Positions 1 through 9,687 of a DNA stretch of 56,808 bases are shown here, one piece after another. The stretch comes from a virus (lineage: Duplodnaviria; Caudoviricetes). The stretch covers positions 1-56,808 of the IMG/VR virus record IMGVR_UViG_3300022752_000083; one strand, written 5' to 3'. The notes under the pieces are model-generated. The model saw only the letters and a program-made list of their open reading frames with translations. It searched no databases and was not told where the DNA came from. A program made the position numbers and the translations under genes. The stretch's first letter is position 1. The number at the start of each line of letters is the position of its first letter.

Positions 1-6
1 TATCCT
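1..6 (+). promoter_or_regulatory. candidate -10 hexamer (TATCCT) of tail operon
   Basis: TAnnnT with a 6-nt gap to G13, the first base of a hairpin; same spacing as the leaderless promoters in this window; -35 lies outside the window. Confidence 0.4.
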
Positions 7-12
7 AGAAGT

Positions 13-128
13 GTAGGTATCCGTGCGGAGCCTACCCGGTTCGCCGGTTTTGCGCCTCTTTAGGGGATTTTGCGGAATGAATGCTGTATCAGTACTTGCC
101 ATGCCTACGTCGCATGCGCCCATTCCGC
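13..128 (+). ncRNA. putative structured 5' leader RNA
   Basis: stems 13-35, 36-47 (CCGG-TTCG-CCGG), 55-66, and 72-79/121-128 (perfect 8 bp) enclosing hairpins 82-94 and 100-116; ends just before SD GAGGTG 131-136. Confidence 0.5.
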
Positions 129-141
129 TTGAGGTGACCCA

Positions 142-441
142 ATGAGTATCGCAAAGTTTATCCACAATCTTAAGCACCAGACTGCTCAGGAACTGACGTC
201 TGAGTTGCGCAACCGCGCTTTGTCAAGTGGCTGGGACAAAGATGTTGTCAACAACATTCGCGTCGAGTACAAAGACCAGAAGATGGGCGTACACGTTCAC
301 CCCGATTACGCCGAGCAAGCTTTCAAGCATGAGTTTGGGCACGGGGATAACCGACCTACTGCTGTCATTCGCAAGTTGAACAATGACCGCGAGGCATCCA
401 GACGAGTTGTTAGTCGCGCACTTCGGGGAGGAAAGAAATGA
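142..441 (+). CDS. hypothetical virion morphogenesis (neck/tail completion-like) protein
   Basis: SD GAGGTG; ATGA overlap with next gene; position upstream of tail genes. Confidence 0.6.
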   Translation: MSIAKFIHNLKHQTAQELTSELRNRALSSGWDKDVVNNIRVEYKDQKMGVHVHPDYAEQAFKHEFGHGDNRPTAVIRKLNNDREASRRVVSRALRGGKK

Positions 442-1088
442 CATTCCTTCTTTCTGAGGACAAAGCGTTGCGTGAAAAACTTCAAGGCATGACGGTTGAA
501 GACCAAAAGTCCAACGGGGAAGTTGCCACACGAACTGTGGGCGTATGGTACGGACAACCGGACCAAGAAATCCGTAACCAGTCTTATCCATACATCACGA
601 TTGACATGATTGATGTTCAGCGGGATACATCTCGGGAACACCGAGGACTGACGTCTGCTTCGTACATTCCTCACACACCGTCTTCCCCATCTGTAGTTGG
701 GTTTATTACCAATCTTCCTATCCCGGTAAGCATTGATTATCAAATTACTAGCTATGCTCGTCACCCCCGTCATGACCGAGCAATTGTTGCTCAGTTGCTC
801 ACGACTAAGTTCCCCCTCAGATTTGGCTACCTTGAAACGGATGATGGAACTATCCGCCGATTGGATGTCATGGATGTCACAAAGCGTGACGTCACCGAAC
901 AAGCAAAACGCTTGTACGTAAATGCAATAACAGTACGGGTCTCCTCGGAGGTCGTGCAAGGAAAACTAACAGAACTTTACGAAGTTCTATCGGTCAAAAT
1001 CAATACCCCACCTTTGGTTGTGGAACAGGGAGGGCGTCCAAGCGACCCCTACTTTACTCCAGTTCCAAACTTTACTATTACGCAATAA
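438..1088 (+). CDS. tail terminator/completion protein (Pvc16/DUF4255-like)
   Basis: YPYITID and P.PVSIDYQITSY motifs; immediately upstream of sheath. Confidence 0.55.
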   Translation: MTFLLSEDKALREKLQGMTVEDQKSNGEVATRTVGVWYGQPDQEIRNQSYPYITIDMIDVQRDTSREHRGLTSASYIPHTPSSPSVVGFITNLPIPVSIDYQITSYARHPRHDRAIVAQLLTTKFPLRFGYLETDDGTIRRLDVMDVTKRDVTEQAKRLYVNAITVRVSSEVVQGKLTELYEVLSVKINTPPLVVEQGGRPSDPYFTPVPNFTITQ

Positions 1089-1126
1089 TTTGTTCCCCCC
1101 AGAATAAAAATCTAACCTAAGGAGAA

Positions 1127-2695
1127 ATGATGGCTTACGGTCGTCCCGGCGTTTATGTATCAGAACGCCTTCTTCCTGCGCCCATTACTGCGGCTGGTGG
1201 AACCGAGGCTATCGGTTGCGCTGTCGGACAATTCGCGCAGGGTCCAGTTACCCCGGTTCTCGTGAACTCGTGGTATCAATTTACCCAAGTATTTGGTGGG
1301 TACAATGCCGCTTACCCCGCTACGTTTGGCGTTGGACTGTTCTTTAAGAGCGGTGGCTCGCAACTTTATGTTCAGCGGGTACTAAACAGTAACGCTGTAA
1401 AAGCAACGGTTTCTATTCCGGCAAGCACCAGCACACAGCAAACTCCGGTAAACCTTGGAACTATCACTGCTCTTGACCCCGGAACTGCTGGCAATGACCT
1501 CCGCGTTGTATTCACGTCGTCAAACCAAGGTGACAACTATTACAACATGCTTGTTTACAAGGAAACTATCTCTGGTTCTACTACCAGTTCAAATATTACG
1601 GATGACGTCCTTGTTGAGCAGTTTAATAACGTTGTGTTCAATGATGTGAACTCTGGAGACTACATTGTTACTGCGGTAAACCTTCAGTCACAATATGTTT
1701 CAGTAGCCATTACTGACACGACGCACCTTTTGCACCCCACGGCGCAAGACCCCACGAGTAGTACCCCCACGGTTCTTGTTCTTTCCACAGGAGCTAACGG
1801 TACGACTCCGGTTGCTGCTGACTATGTTTCGTCGCTTGCAAACCTCAATACCATTGAGACCCCCCTTGTTATTTTTGCTCCGGAATTGTTCCGAAGCATT
1901 GCCTCGGGGTATAACACGGTCCACGACGGTCTTACCGCTTGGGCAGAGGCTCACAATGGATTTGCCGTTTTGGAGACTGCACCGGACTTAGCTGTCGGTA
2001 CTAGCTCTACTTCAGGAACCGCGTTGGCTTATGCAGAAGGATTGCAGAACTCCAGCTACGCCGCTGTTTACTACCCGAACATCTACATTGCTGACCCGTT
2101 GGGGCGTAATGCTGGTTCGATTCGTAAATGCGGTCCTGCTGGTGCTGTTGCTGGTCTTTACTTGTCAACTGACCGAGACTTTGGTCCGTTCAAGTCTCCT
2201 GCTGGTCTTCGTGCCGAGCTTGGCGGAGTTGTTACGACGGAACGTCGTCTCAGCGATAACGACCTTGACTTGCTAAACTCTGCTTCCTCTCCAATTAACG
2301 CAATCCGCGATATTCCGGGTGCGGGAGTTGTGGTCATGGGTGCTCGCACCCTGAAGCAGGATGGTACGGCTAACCGATACGTTTCGATGCGTCGTTCGCT
2401 CATCTACTTGAAGCAAAGCCTTAAAGAGATTACGCGTTTTGCGTTGTTTGAAAACAACGACGAGCGTCTCTGGTCGCAGATTCGTACGGCAATCTCGGTG
2501 TTCTTGAACACGTACAGCAACAACGGCGGTCTTGCAGGTACGACGCCGGACGAGGCTTACTACGTCAAGTGTGACTCTGAGAACAACCCGTTCGAAACCA
2601 TCGCCAATGGCGAGGTACACATTGAGGTCGGTGTCTCGCTTGAGTACCCGGCTGAATTCGTAGTCATCACGCTCAGCCAAAAGACTGCAAACTAA
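1127..2695 (+). CDS. contractile tail sheath protein
   Basis: N-terminal RPGVYVSE; C-terminal GARTL, YVSMRR, FENNDERLW, YYVKCD.ENN, PAEFVVI sheath motifs. Confidence 0.95.
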   Translation: MMAYGRPGVYVSERLLPAPITAAGGTEAIGCAVGQFAQGPVTPVLVNSWYQFTQVFGGYNAAYPATFGVGLFFKSGGSQLYVQRVLNSNAVKATVSIPASTSTQQTPVNLGTITALDPGTAGNDLRVVFTSSNQGDNYYNMLVYKETISGSTTSSNITDDVLVEQFNNVVFNDVNSGDYIVTAVNLQSQYVSVAITDTTHLLHPTAQDPTSSTPTVLVLSTGANGTTPVAADYVSSLANLNTIETPLVIFAPELFRSIASGYNTVHDGLTAWAEAHNGFAVLETAPDLAVGTSSTSGTALAYAEGLQNSSYAAVYYPNIYIADPLGRNAGSIRKCGPAGAVAGLYLSTDRDFGPFKSPAGLRAELGGVVTTERRLSDNDLDLLNSASSPINAIRDIPGAGVVVMGARTLKQDGTANRYVSMRRSLIYLKQSLKEITRFALFENNDERLWSQIRTAISVFLNTYSNNGGLAGTTPDEAYYVKCDSENNPFETIANGEVHIEVGVSLEYPAEFVVITLSQKTAN

Positions 2696-2714
2696 CCGAA
2701 GGAGATAACAGATA

Positions 2715-3392
2715 ATGCCAACCATTATCAACAACCGGTCTAATCTTACGACCGACCCGATTAGGAACTTTCGGTTCCTAGTCTTGTTCAAGCCGTTTGA
2801 CCCTACGGTGCTTGACTTCCGCATGGGGGGCAACGCGCTTGGGTTCACCTCTGTTACGGGTCTCGGTGTCACCACCGACAGCATCCCGTACCGTGAGGGT
2901 GGCTACAACACCACTGTTCACCAGATTCCGGGTCAGACCACGTTCTCTCCGGTTCAGTTCCAGCGCGGAGTCACTCTTGGCACCACGCAGAACTGGGATT
3001 GGATGCGTCGCCTGTTCCGCACGGTTCAGTCTTCAGGAAGCAGTGGTACTCTGTCGGACTTCCGTTGTGACATTGAGATTCAGGTTCTTAGCCACCCTAT
3101 TGCTGGTGCTAACCCTGCTGACCCAACACAAACAACGAGTGCCGACCACGTTGCAATGCGGTTCAACATTTACAATGCGTGGGTTACCTCCGTGGCGTAC
3201 TCTGACTTGAACGCAGGTGACAATGCTCTGTTCGTTGAGCAGATGAACATTGTTCACGAAGGCTTCGATGTCAACTGGGCACCGTCGCTGACTGAAAGCG
3301 CACCGAACTTCGATGCCGCTTCTACCACAGCCGGTACCAAGGCTGCCACTGCCAAGGCAAAGAAGACTCTTCGCCCGCAGGTCATTCGGTAA
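2715..3392 (+). CDS. tail tube protein (T4 gp19/Afp1-like)
   Basis: DPIRNFRF, GF..V.GL, YREGG, IPGQ..F....RG, DLNAG motifs. Confidence 0.9.
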   Translation: MPTIINNRSNLTTDPIRNFRFLVLFKPFDPTVLDFRMGGNALGFTSVTGLGVTTDSIPYREGGYNTTVHQIPGQTTFSPVQFQRGVTLGTTQNWDWMRRLFRTVQSSGSSGTLSDFRCDIEIQVLSHPIAGANPADPTQTTSADHVAMRFNIYNAWVTSVAYSDLNAGDNALFVEQMNIVHEGFDVNWAPSLTESAPNFDAASTTAGTKAATAKAKKTLRPQVIR

Positions 3393-3415
3393 ATAACTAA
3401 CACAGGAGTATAACT

Positions 3416-4237
3416 ATGGAATCCAACACGATTAACGCCAGTGCCAACCCCGGTTTGGCAAACGAGCTTATTACCAAAGCTCTGGCAGACGTAGAAGAAA
3501 TCGAAACATCAACTGAAGTACCTGTAATCCTTCCTTCGGATACTTTGGTTGACCTCCCCGCTGGGTATATCACGCCTGACGGGGAGGTCGCCAAAACCGC
3601 CGAAGTACGTGAACTTACAGGCAAAGATGAGGAAGCAATTTCTCGGGCAACGACTCTGGGGCGGATGTTCAACATCATCCTTAGTCGTGGAGTCGTATCT
3701 GTAGGAGGAGTTCCTGTTACAGAAAAGATGCTTGACGAGATGTTTGCGGGAGACCGTGATGCATTGTTGTTGGGCATTTATCGGGCTACGTTCGGAAACC
3801 CTTCCGAGATGAAGGCATACTGCGGTGGCTGTGAAGACCTCAAGGATGTACTTGTGGATTTGAACACAGACATCAAAGTTAAACCTTTGATTGACCCAAT
3901 TGAGGAACGAGCATTCACCGTAGAAGGAGCCAATCACGAGTACACCGTGATTCTTCCTACAGGAGTTGTTCAGCGAGAATTGAACAATGCTATGGAAAAG
4001 ACAATTCCAGAGCTAACCTCGATTCTTCTTGAGAACACAGTTACCGCTATTGACGGAAACCCTGTGTACAACAAAGTTCAGACTCAGAACATCGGCATCA
4101 AGGACCGCAGAGCGATTAGTGAAGCTATTGCAGAACGCGCACCCGGTCCCAAGTTCGAAGACATCACAGTTACTTGCCCCGACTGTGAGTCTGAGGTGGT
4201 GGTGCCGATTAATCTCGGCGCTTTGTTTCAATTCTAA
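3416..4237 (+). CDS. tail/baseplate assembly chaperone (T4 gp26-like, CxxC zinc motifs)
   Basis: VRELTGKDEE, GDRD.LL, CGGC and CPDC; lies between tube and tape measure. Confidence 0.7.
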   Translation: MESNTINASANPGLANELITKALADVEEIETSTEVPVILPSDTLVDLPAGYITPDGEVAKTAEVRELTGKDEEAISRATTLGRMFNIILSRGVVSVGGVPVTEKMLDEMFAGDRDALLLGIYRATFGNPSEMKAYCGGCEDLKDVLVDLNTDIKVKPLIDPIEERAFTVEGANHEYTVILPTGVVQRELNNAMEKTIPELTSILLENTVTAIDGNPVYNKVQTQNIGIKDRRAISEAIAERAPGPKFEDITVTCPDCESEVVVPINLGALFQF

Positions 4238-4259
4238 TCTTTCTAACTACGGAGTCCTC

Positions 4260-4388
4260 TTGACCGAATGGATTGCCTTGACTAGGGCATTCACTGGGTG
4301 GACTCTGTCTGAAATACGCGACCTCTCATACCGAGAGCGAAAGAACTGGCTAGAAGTTGCCAATAGCTATGGACAGGTAGGTGCCTAA
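4260..4388 (+). CDS. small tail assembly chaperone partner (gp51/gpT-like), TTG start or frameshift extension
   Basis: GWTLSEIRDLSYRERKNWL motif typical of second chaperone ORFs; GGAG 5 nt before TTG; stop overlaps TMP start. Confidence 0.6.
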   Translation: MTEWIALTRAFTGWTLSEIRDLSYRERKNWLEVANSYGQVGA

Positions 4389-7042
4389 TGAGTGACGGCA
4401 ATGAACTCGATGAGACCCTACAAGAATTAAAGGCTTTTGAATCTGGGGTTAAATCTGCTACCGGTGCTCTTGATGGATTTGCAAAATCTGCCAAGGGTGC
4501 TAGTGGTGGCACTTTTACTGGTTCAGGAGCCGTGGATTCTGGTCGCAATGGTCTTGCTGACTTCACTATTGCGCCTAGAGGGGACGGTTCAGGTCCGGGC
4601 ATGAACATGCCCAGTATTGGCAAACGACTGGGTCTTGGAACATTTGGAGTTCTTGCAAGCGCCATTCCTACCGGAATTGACGCCATGTACAAGGGAATGC
4701 CCGATGTACAGCAGACAATTGACCGAGCTACGCACTACTACAACGCGGGTATTTACGGCGGAATGGCTGGCGGCAGCAGTCGGATGCAAGCCGCCACCTT
4801 TAGTGCCATGCGAGGCGGGATTACGTCACTGGGTAGCGATGCTCGGGTGGCGGAGTACCTTCAAAGCCGAGGCATGACCCAATCCAAGAGTAACTATCTT
4901 GGGACTGTCTCTGCCGTAAGTAACGCGGCTAAGTACCTGAACATGAGCAACGAGCGTTCTGCCGTAGCTCTTGAAGGCTTGACTAGCGGTAAAACGTCTA
5001 GTGACCTTCTTCGTAACCTTGGCATCTACACCTCAGACCCTCGAAGCGGTCAGGCAAAAAGTCAGAGCCAAATATTTGGTGAGATTGCAAACCGATTAAC
5101 TGCTGGGCAATCTATGGCTACAGTAGACCAAGTTAATGAATCGTTTCGTCGAGGTAAGCTCGGAGCTTCATTGTCTGGTCTTGGGCTTAGCGAAGACCAG
5201 CAAAACATGATGCATATGTACATGGTCGCTCGTGCTCAGGGTGTAAACCTTGACTTGACTAACCAGAAACAAATGGACGCGTTTGCAAAAAAGAACGGTC
5301 TTAACCCAGCGTCTACCGGATATCAAAGCCTTACTTACGACACCAAGGCAATGAATGACGCTCAGCAAAACTACATTAAAGCAACTAAAGATGCTTTGCC
5401 TATAATTAAAGCTTTGAGTGATGCAGCGGGGGCAGCAGCATCCACTCTTCCGGGATACACCAAAGCATTTAGTGCAGCAATTCAAGGAAGCACCGCTGGA
5501 GCTGCGGCTTTCCAAGCTGCTGAAAGCATGGTTACCACCGCTTTGACCGCTTTGGCTGGTGGACTGGGGAGCCTGTTTGGTGGCATGGGCGTAGGTGGCG
5601 TAGGCGGTGGAGGCGGTGGAGGCGGTGGAGGCGGCGGTAAACCTGCTGGAAAATTTGGCAAGTTCATGAGTGTCGCTGGAAAAGTTGGCGGTGCCGCAGG
5701 AATTGTCGGAGGTGCGGCAAGCGCGATTGGTACCGGGATGATGGTTGCCAATAACGCTGACCAAGCAACTGTTACTGGGCAATCTATGCGCGGAATCAGC
5801 CGTCAGGACGCTGACCAAATGGCGTCTGCTGCTGCTTGGTCAAACGCTCTTTCAGGAGCCGGTTCCGGTGCCCTGAGTGGACTTAGCATAGGCGCAGGAA
5901 TTGGAACGTTATTTGACGCGTTTACTTTTGGTACGGGTACTTTAATTGGCGCTGGAATTGGGGCAGTCGCGGGTGGTCTTGCTGGGGGTATTTCTAGTTG
6001 GTTTTCAACGTATAACAACACTATGGCTGGTGCCGGTTACGGAGGTACCAATAGCACTATTAACGCCCAAGGTCCTACAGGAACTGGTCAACAAAATACA
6101 GTTAAGTTTACTTGGCCCGCAGGTAATGCCTCACTTGTTAGTGATGGGTTTGGTCCCCGTGTTCCCCCTAAGCCCGGAGCGTCTTCTTATCACCAAGGTA
6201 TCGACATCAGCGTAGGAATGGGTACGCCCATTATGGCTTCGGCTGATGGTGAGGTTATTCAGTCGGGCAACAACGGTGGTTACGGAAACTGTGTTCAGAT
6301 TAAACATGCCAACGGGTACGTAACGCTATATGGTCACCAGTCGCGTATTGCTACTTCTATGGGTAAAAAAGTTGTTCAAGGTCAAGTAATTGGGTATGTA
6401 GGTAGCACTGGTACTTCGACGGGTGCTCACCTTCACTTTGGTGTTAAAGACGCCTCTGGAAGGTTTATCGACCCAATGAAGGTCCTTAATGGAACTGCTA
6501 GCGCAACCTACGGCTCGCAGAGCAGTGCTAGTGCGTCTGGAAGCTCTTCCCCGGCTTCGGATATGGCGGGAATCAGCGACTCACGAGCCAAGGCTGGAAT
6601 TATGACGGTGTCTAGTTACCGTGGTGCAGAAGTTGGCGGTGGGGGTGCCAACAGTGGGTTCAAAGCTATGGCTATGGGGTCAAACTCCCAGACCAAGGGG
6701 AACATGGCTCTAGGAACGGGTGCAAGTGGGAAAAATAACTTGACCAGTAGCTCTATGGGGATTTACTTGCCCGGTGCTCGTCGAGCTAAAACTGGTGACC
6801 CGTATGTGGCAAACGACGGTCCCGTTAACGTTCACTCAGGTGAAGCTATTCTTACCGCAGAGCAAGCCGAGGTTTGGCGTACAGCGCTAAAGCAGGGTGG
6901 TCTTGGTAAAGGTGGAGGGAACAATGTCACTATCAACCTCAGCATTGCACAGGCTTCCGAAACCGAAGCTCGTCGTTTTGCAACCATTGTGAAAGACATG
7001 CTTGAAAAAGACACGATGATTAAGAACATGGGGATGAAATAA
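4388..7042 (+). CDS. tape measure protein with M23 peptidase domain
   Basis: long Ala/Gly-rich helical protein after chaperones; HQGID, YGH and HLHF M23 zinc motifs. Confidence 0.85.
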   Translation: MSDGNELDETLQELKAFESGVKSATGALDGFAKSAKGASGGTFTGSGAVDSGRNGLADFTIAPRGDGSGPGMNMPSIGKRLGLGTFGVLASAIPTGIDAMYKGMPDVQQTIDRATHYYNAGIYGGMAGGSSRMQAATFSAMRGGITSLGSDARVAEYLQSRGMTQSKSNYLGTVSAVSNAAKYLNMSNERSAVALEGLTSGKTSSDLLRNLGIYTSDPRSGQAKSQSQIFGEIANRLTAGQSMATVDQVNESFRRGKLGASLSGLGLSEDQQNMMHMYMVARAQGVNLDLTNQKQMDAFAKKNGLNPASTGYQSLTYDTKAMNDAQQNYIKATKDALPIIKALSDAAGAAASTLPGYTKAFSAAIQGSTAGAAAFQAAESMVTTALTALAGGLGSLFGGMGVGGVGGGGGGGGGGGGKPAGKFGKFMSVAGKVGGAAGIVGGAASAIGTGMMVANNADQATVTGQSMRGISRQDADQMASAAAWSNALSGAGSGALSGLSIGAGIGTLFDAFTFGTGTLIGAGIGAVAGGLAGGISSWFSTYNNTMAGAGYGGTNSTINAQGPTGTGQQNTVKFTWPAGNASLVSDGFGPRVPPKPGASSYHQGIDISVGMGTPIMASADGEVIQSGNNGGYGNCVQIKHANGYVTLYGHQSRIATSMGKKVVQGQVIGYVGSTGTSTGAHLHFGVKDASGRFIDPMKVLNGTASATYGSQSSASASGSSSPASDMAGISDSRAKAGIMTVSSYRGAEVGGGGANSGFKAMAMGSNSQTKGNMALGTGASGKNNLTSSSMGIYLPGARRAKTGDPYVANDGPVNVHSGEAILTAEQAEVWRTALKQGGLGKGGGNNVTINLSIAQASETEARRFATIVKDMLEKDTMIKNMGMK
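5588..5638 (+). repeat. Gly-coding microsatellite (includes GGCGGTGGA x3)
   Basis: poly-Gly tract inside TMP read directly. Confidence 0.7.
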
Positions 7043-8109
7043 TGGCGGAATCTAAATACAACGTAAGTTCTCTTTACAAAAATATTTTACCAAAACCGGG
7101 TAACCCGTTATTTCTTCCAGATAAGAGAACAAAAGCAATTATTGCTGCACAAAAAAAACAAGCTGCTAAAAATATAGTTGTAGCACCACGATATATTGCT
7201 CAACATGGTAGCCCAGACGCAGAAGAGCGCAAAGCTGAATTACACGCTGCGGGGGTCTACGACAACCCACCATCTCCCCCGCCTCAACTTGATTATTCTG
7301 GCAAAGGATTTCAGTACAATGTAGGGTGTGTTACTGATGCGTACTTTAGCCCCAAAGCATCGTTTCACAACTTGTTGTCAAAGGATGCTTCTGGGTCTAT
7401 TCAGGATAGACCTGTAAAAGTCACTTCTTCATCAGAACTTTGGAGTGCTGCCGGTAAGACTAAGGGGATGATTAGTTTATTCATCCCACCCAATCCAAGC
7501 ACAACGATGGACGCCATCACTCCTGCCGAGGGAAGTAATCTCAAGCCTTCTCAGTGGGAACAGTACGCTTTTCAATTCCATTACAACCCAACAAGTATCA
7601 GCATGACTTATTCGGGAACACCAGCTATTGACATCGGGTTGAGTGCTTCAGGTAATGACCCGTTTAATCTATTGGGAAGTGCTGGCAGCCAAAGTGTTGT
7701 TGACTTCGACCTCGTACTAAACCGTGTTGCCGATTTCAAATACTACAACGCAGATGGCACCATCAAATCTCAATACAAAACAAAAAACATTTACTCTCCT
7801 CGTATGCCCAAAGATATTACTGAGGAAAAGGAAATATATAACAAAGGAACTATGTACGATGTAGAGTTCTTGCTTTCTACTGTCATTGGTTTTAAATCTG
7901 ATACGTCTCTTAGAGGAACTACCGCTGACTTGGGATGGCTTACAGGTCGTCCTGTAAAACTAAGTCTGGGTAAGTCTCTAAAGTACGTTGGAACTATCGA
8001 TGGCTTTAGTGTTAACCACACAATGTTTGATGTTCGTATGGTTCCAATCTTTAGTACGGTAAAAATATCGTTCAAGCGTATCCCCGACTTTACTGGATTG
8101 GTGGCGTAA
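7042..8109 (+). CDS. tube initiator/baseplate tube-like protein (Pvc7/gp48-like)
   Basis: FQFHYNPTSISM and G.I.GFSVNHTMFD.RMVP motifs; follows TMP. Confidence 0.65.
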   Translation: MAESKYNVSSLYKNILPKPGNPLFLPDKRTKAIIAAQKKQAAKNIVVAPRYIAQHGSPDAEERKAELHAAGVYDNPPSPPPQLDYSGKGFQYNVGCVTDAYFSPKASFHNLLSKDASGSIQDRPVKVTSSSELWSAAGKTKGMISLFIPPNPSTTMDAITPAEGSNLKPSQWEQYAFQFHYNPTSISMTYSGTPAIDIGLSASGNDPFNLLGSAGSQSVVDFDLVLNRVADFKYYNADGTIKSQYKTKNIYSPRMPKDITEEKEIYNKGTMYDVEFLLSTVIGFKSDTSLRGTTADLGWLTGRPVKLSLGKSLKYVGTIDGFSVNHTMFDVRMVPIFSTVKISFKRIPDFTGLVA

Positions 8110-8387
8110 TGATTTACACAGATAGCCGTTATTCCAACGGAAAGCTGTACTCTGCGTGGAACAACCGTAAATTTGATACGGATGTTTTTGTATCTCGGGA
8201 ATTCCCTAGCGGACGCGCAGAGTACTTCATGTACACATGGAGAGAATCTGACCGAATAGACCTTGTTGCTAACCGGTTTTTTAAAACCCCAGCAGTGTGG
8301 TGGAAAATTATGGACTACAATCCAGAGATTGGAAATCCATTTCAAATCCCTGTGGGTACGGTCATTAGGATTCCTCATGTCCGTTAG
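8109..8387 (+). CDS. LysM/tail-X baseplate protein
   Basis: DRIDLVA.RF...WWKIMDYNP...P..IPVG..IRIP. Confidence 0.8.
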   Translation: MIYTDSRYSNGKLYSAWNNRKFDTDVFVSREFPSGRAEYFMYTWRESDRIDLVANRFFKTPAVWWKIMDYNPEIGNPFQIPVGTVIRIPHVR

Positions 8388-9687
8388 TAAAACCTACAAT
8401 GAAAGCAATTCAAATAACCCTGTAATGAAAAATCGCAGGGGTACAACTTTTCGCATCACCTTTCCCACTATGCCTTCTTTAACAAGAGAGCCACGTCGGG
8501 TTGACTTGCACCAATCTCAGTACCACCATGATGTACTAATCATTTCATTTATGACCACTGGTCTTAACTGGTTTGAAGATATCCCCACGGGGTTACCTGT
8601 TCGTTTTTCTTGGACTCAAATTGGTATTACTAAAGATTGGTATGGGTACGTTTCTTTTGTATCCCGAACCAATGCGTCTCAACAAAAAGAACAGACAATG
8701 GAAGTCCACTGTGTCGGCTCCTCTTTTCCCTTGAAAGAACGGGCTAACCGGGTCTTTACCAACTCAACGATTCCCGAAGCTGCTGCAACTATTGCTAGGG
8801 AATTAAACTTAAGCTTTATTGGGGATAGTCACCCTCGACGTTTTCCGCAACTTACAATGGCTGGTCACTCGTATTGGGAATGGTTGGCAGAACAAGCAAA
8901 GCGCATTGGTTTTGTTCTTCGAGTAGACGGTTCAAATCTTTATTTCCGTCAGCTTGACAAGCATGTTGATTCAAAGATTACAAATGTACCCGTACTTTAT
9001 GCTGGAGACACTCCTTCTCTTTACAAGAACAACTTTATTGAAAAGACACTTGACAAGTTCGTGGTTCTTCGTGGGGATTACATTGAATCTGGTGACAACA
9101 TGCGGACTGAAAAAGTCGCTGGTGGTGTGGACATCAATACCTCGGAGGCGTTTTCTAGCAGTAACACCCCCACCAATGTTGGGGATAACCTACGCACTAA
9201 TTTGAGTGACGTATTGTTCTCTGAATACCGTTCCGACCAAGTAAACACCGTGATGTCGGATGCGGACCTTGTATCCGAGGGAGCGTCCCATCTTGCGCGG
9301 TTAAGTATGCCCGCTAAAGTTCACGCGCAAGGGGACCCAAGAATGGAACCCCACGCCCCTGTTTACGTAATGGGGACTAGCGAATTAACCGATGGGTATT
9401 GGCTCATCAAAGACATTGTTCACACGTTTAAAAAATACGACGACTATATTGCAACAATGACCATCGTTACGGATGGAACAGGTGTAAACAAGGTCGGAGC
9501 ATTTAGAGGGCGACAATCGCCTACAATGAGTACTGTAAATATAAATAGTCTTATTGAGCAAAGCAGCGGAGTAAACACTTTGAACACACGTTCTAACACG
9601 AGCCTTTCTCAACTTTCACCATCCATTATTCCTTCACAACAAGGGTTTAAAAGAAGCCCTGCCCTATGGGTTACTCGGGGGGTCTAA
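8377..9687 (+). CDS. baseplate hub (gpD/gp27/VgrG N-terminal-like)
   Basis: SYWEWL...AKRIG, QGDPR.. and GYWLI..IVH motifs; start moved to ATG 8377 overlapping LysM gene. Confidence 0.75.
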   Translation: MSVSKTYNESNSNNPVMKNRRGTTFRITFPTMPSLTREPRRVDLHQSQYHHDVLIISFMTTGLNWFEDIPTGLPVRFSWTQIGITKDWYGYVSFVSRTNASQQKEQTMEVHCVGSSFPLKERANRVFTNSTIPEAAATIARELNLSFIGDSHPRRFPQLTMAGHSYWEWLAEQAKRIGFVLRVDGSNLYFRQLDKHVDSKITNVPVLYAGDTPSLYKNNFIEKTLDKFVVLRGDYIESGDNMRTEKVAGGVDINTSEAFSSSNTPTNVGDNLRTNLSDVLFSEYRSDQVNTVMSDADLVSEGASHLARLSMPAKVHAQGDPRMEPHAPVYVMGTSELTDGYWLIKDIVHTFKKYDDYIATMTIVTDGTGVNKVGAFRGRQSPTMSTVNINSLIEQSSGVNTLNTRSNTSLSQLSPSIIPSQQGFKRSPALWVTRGV

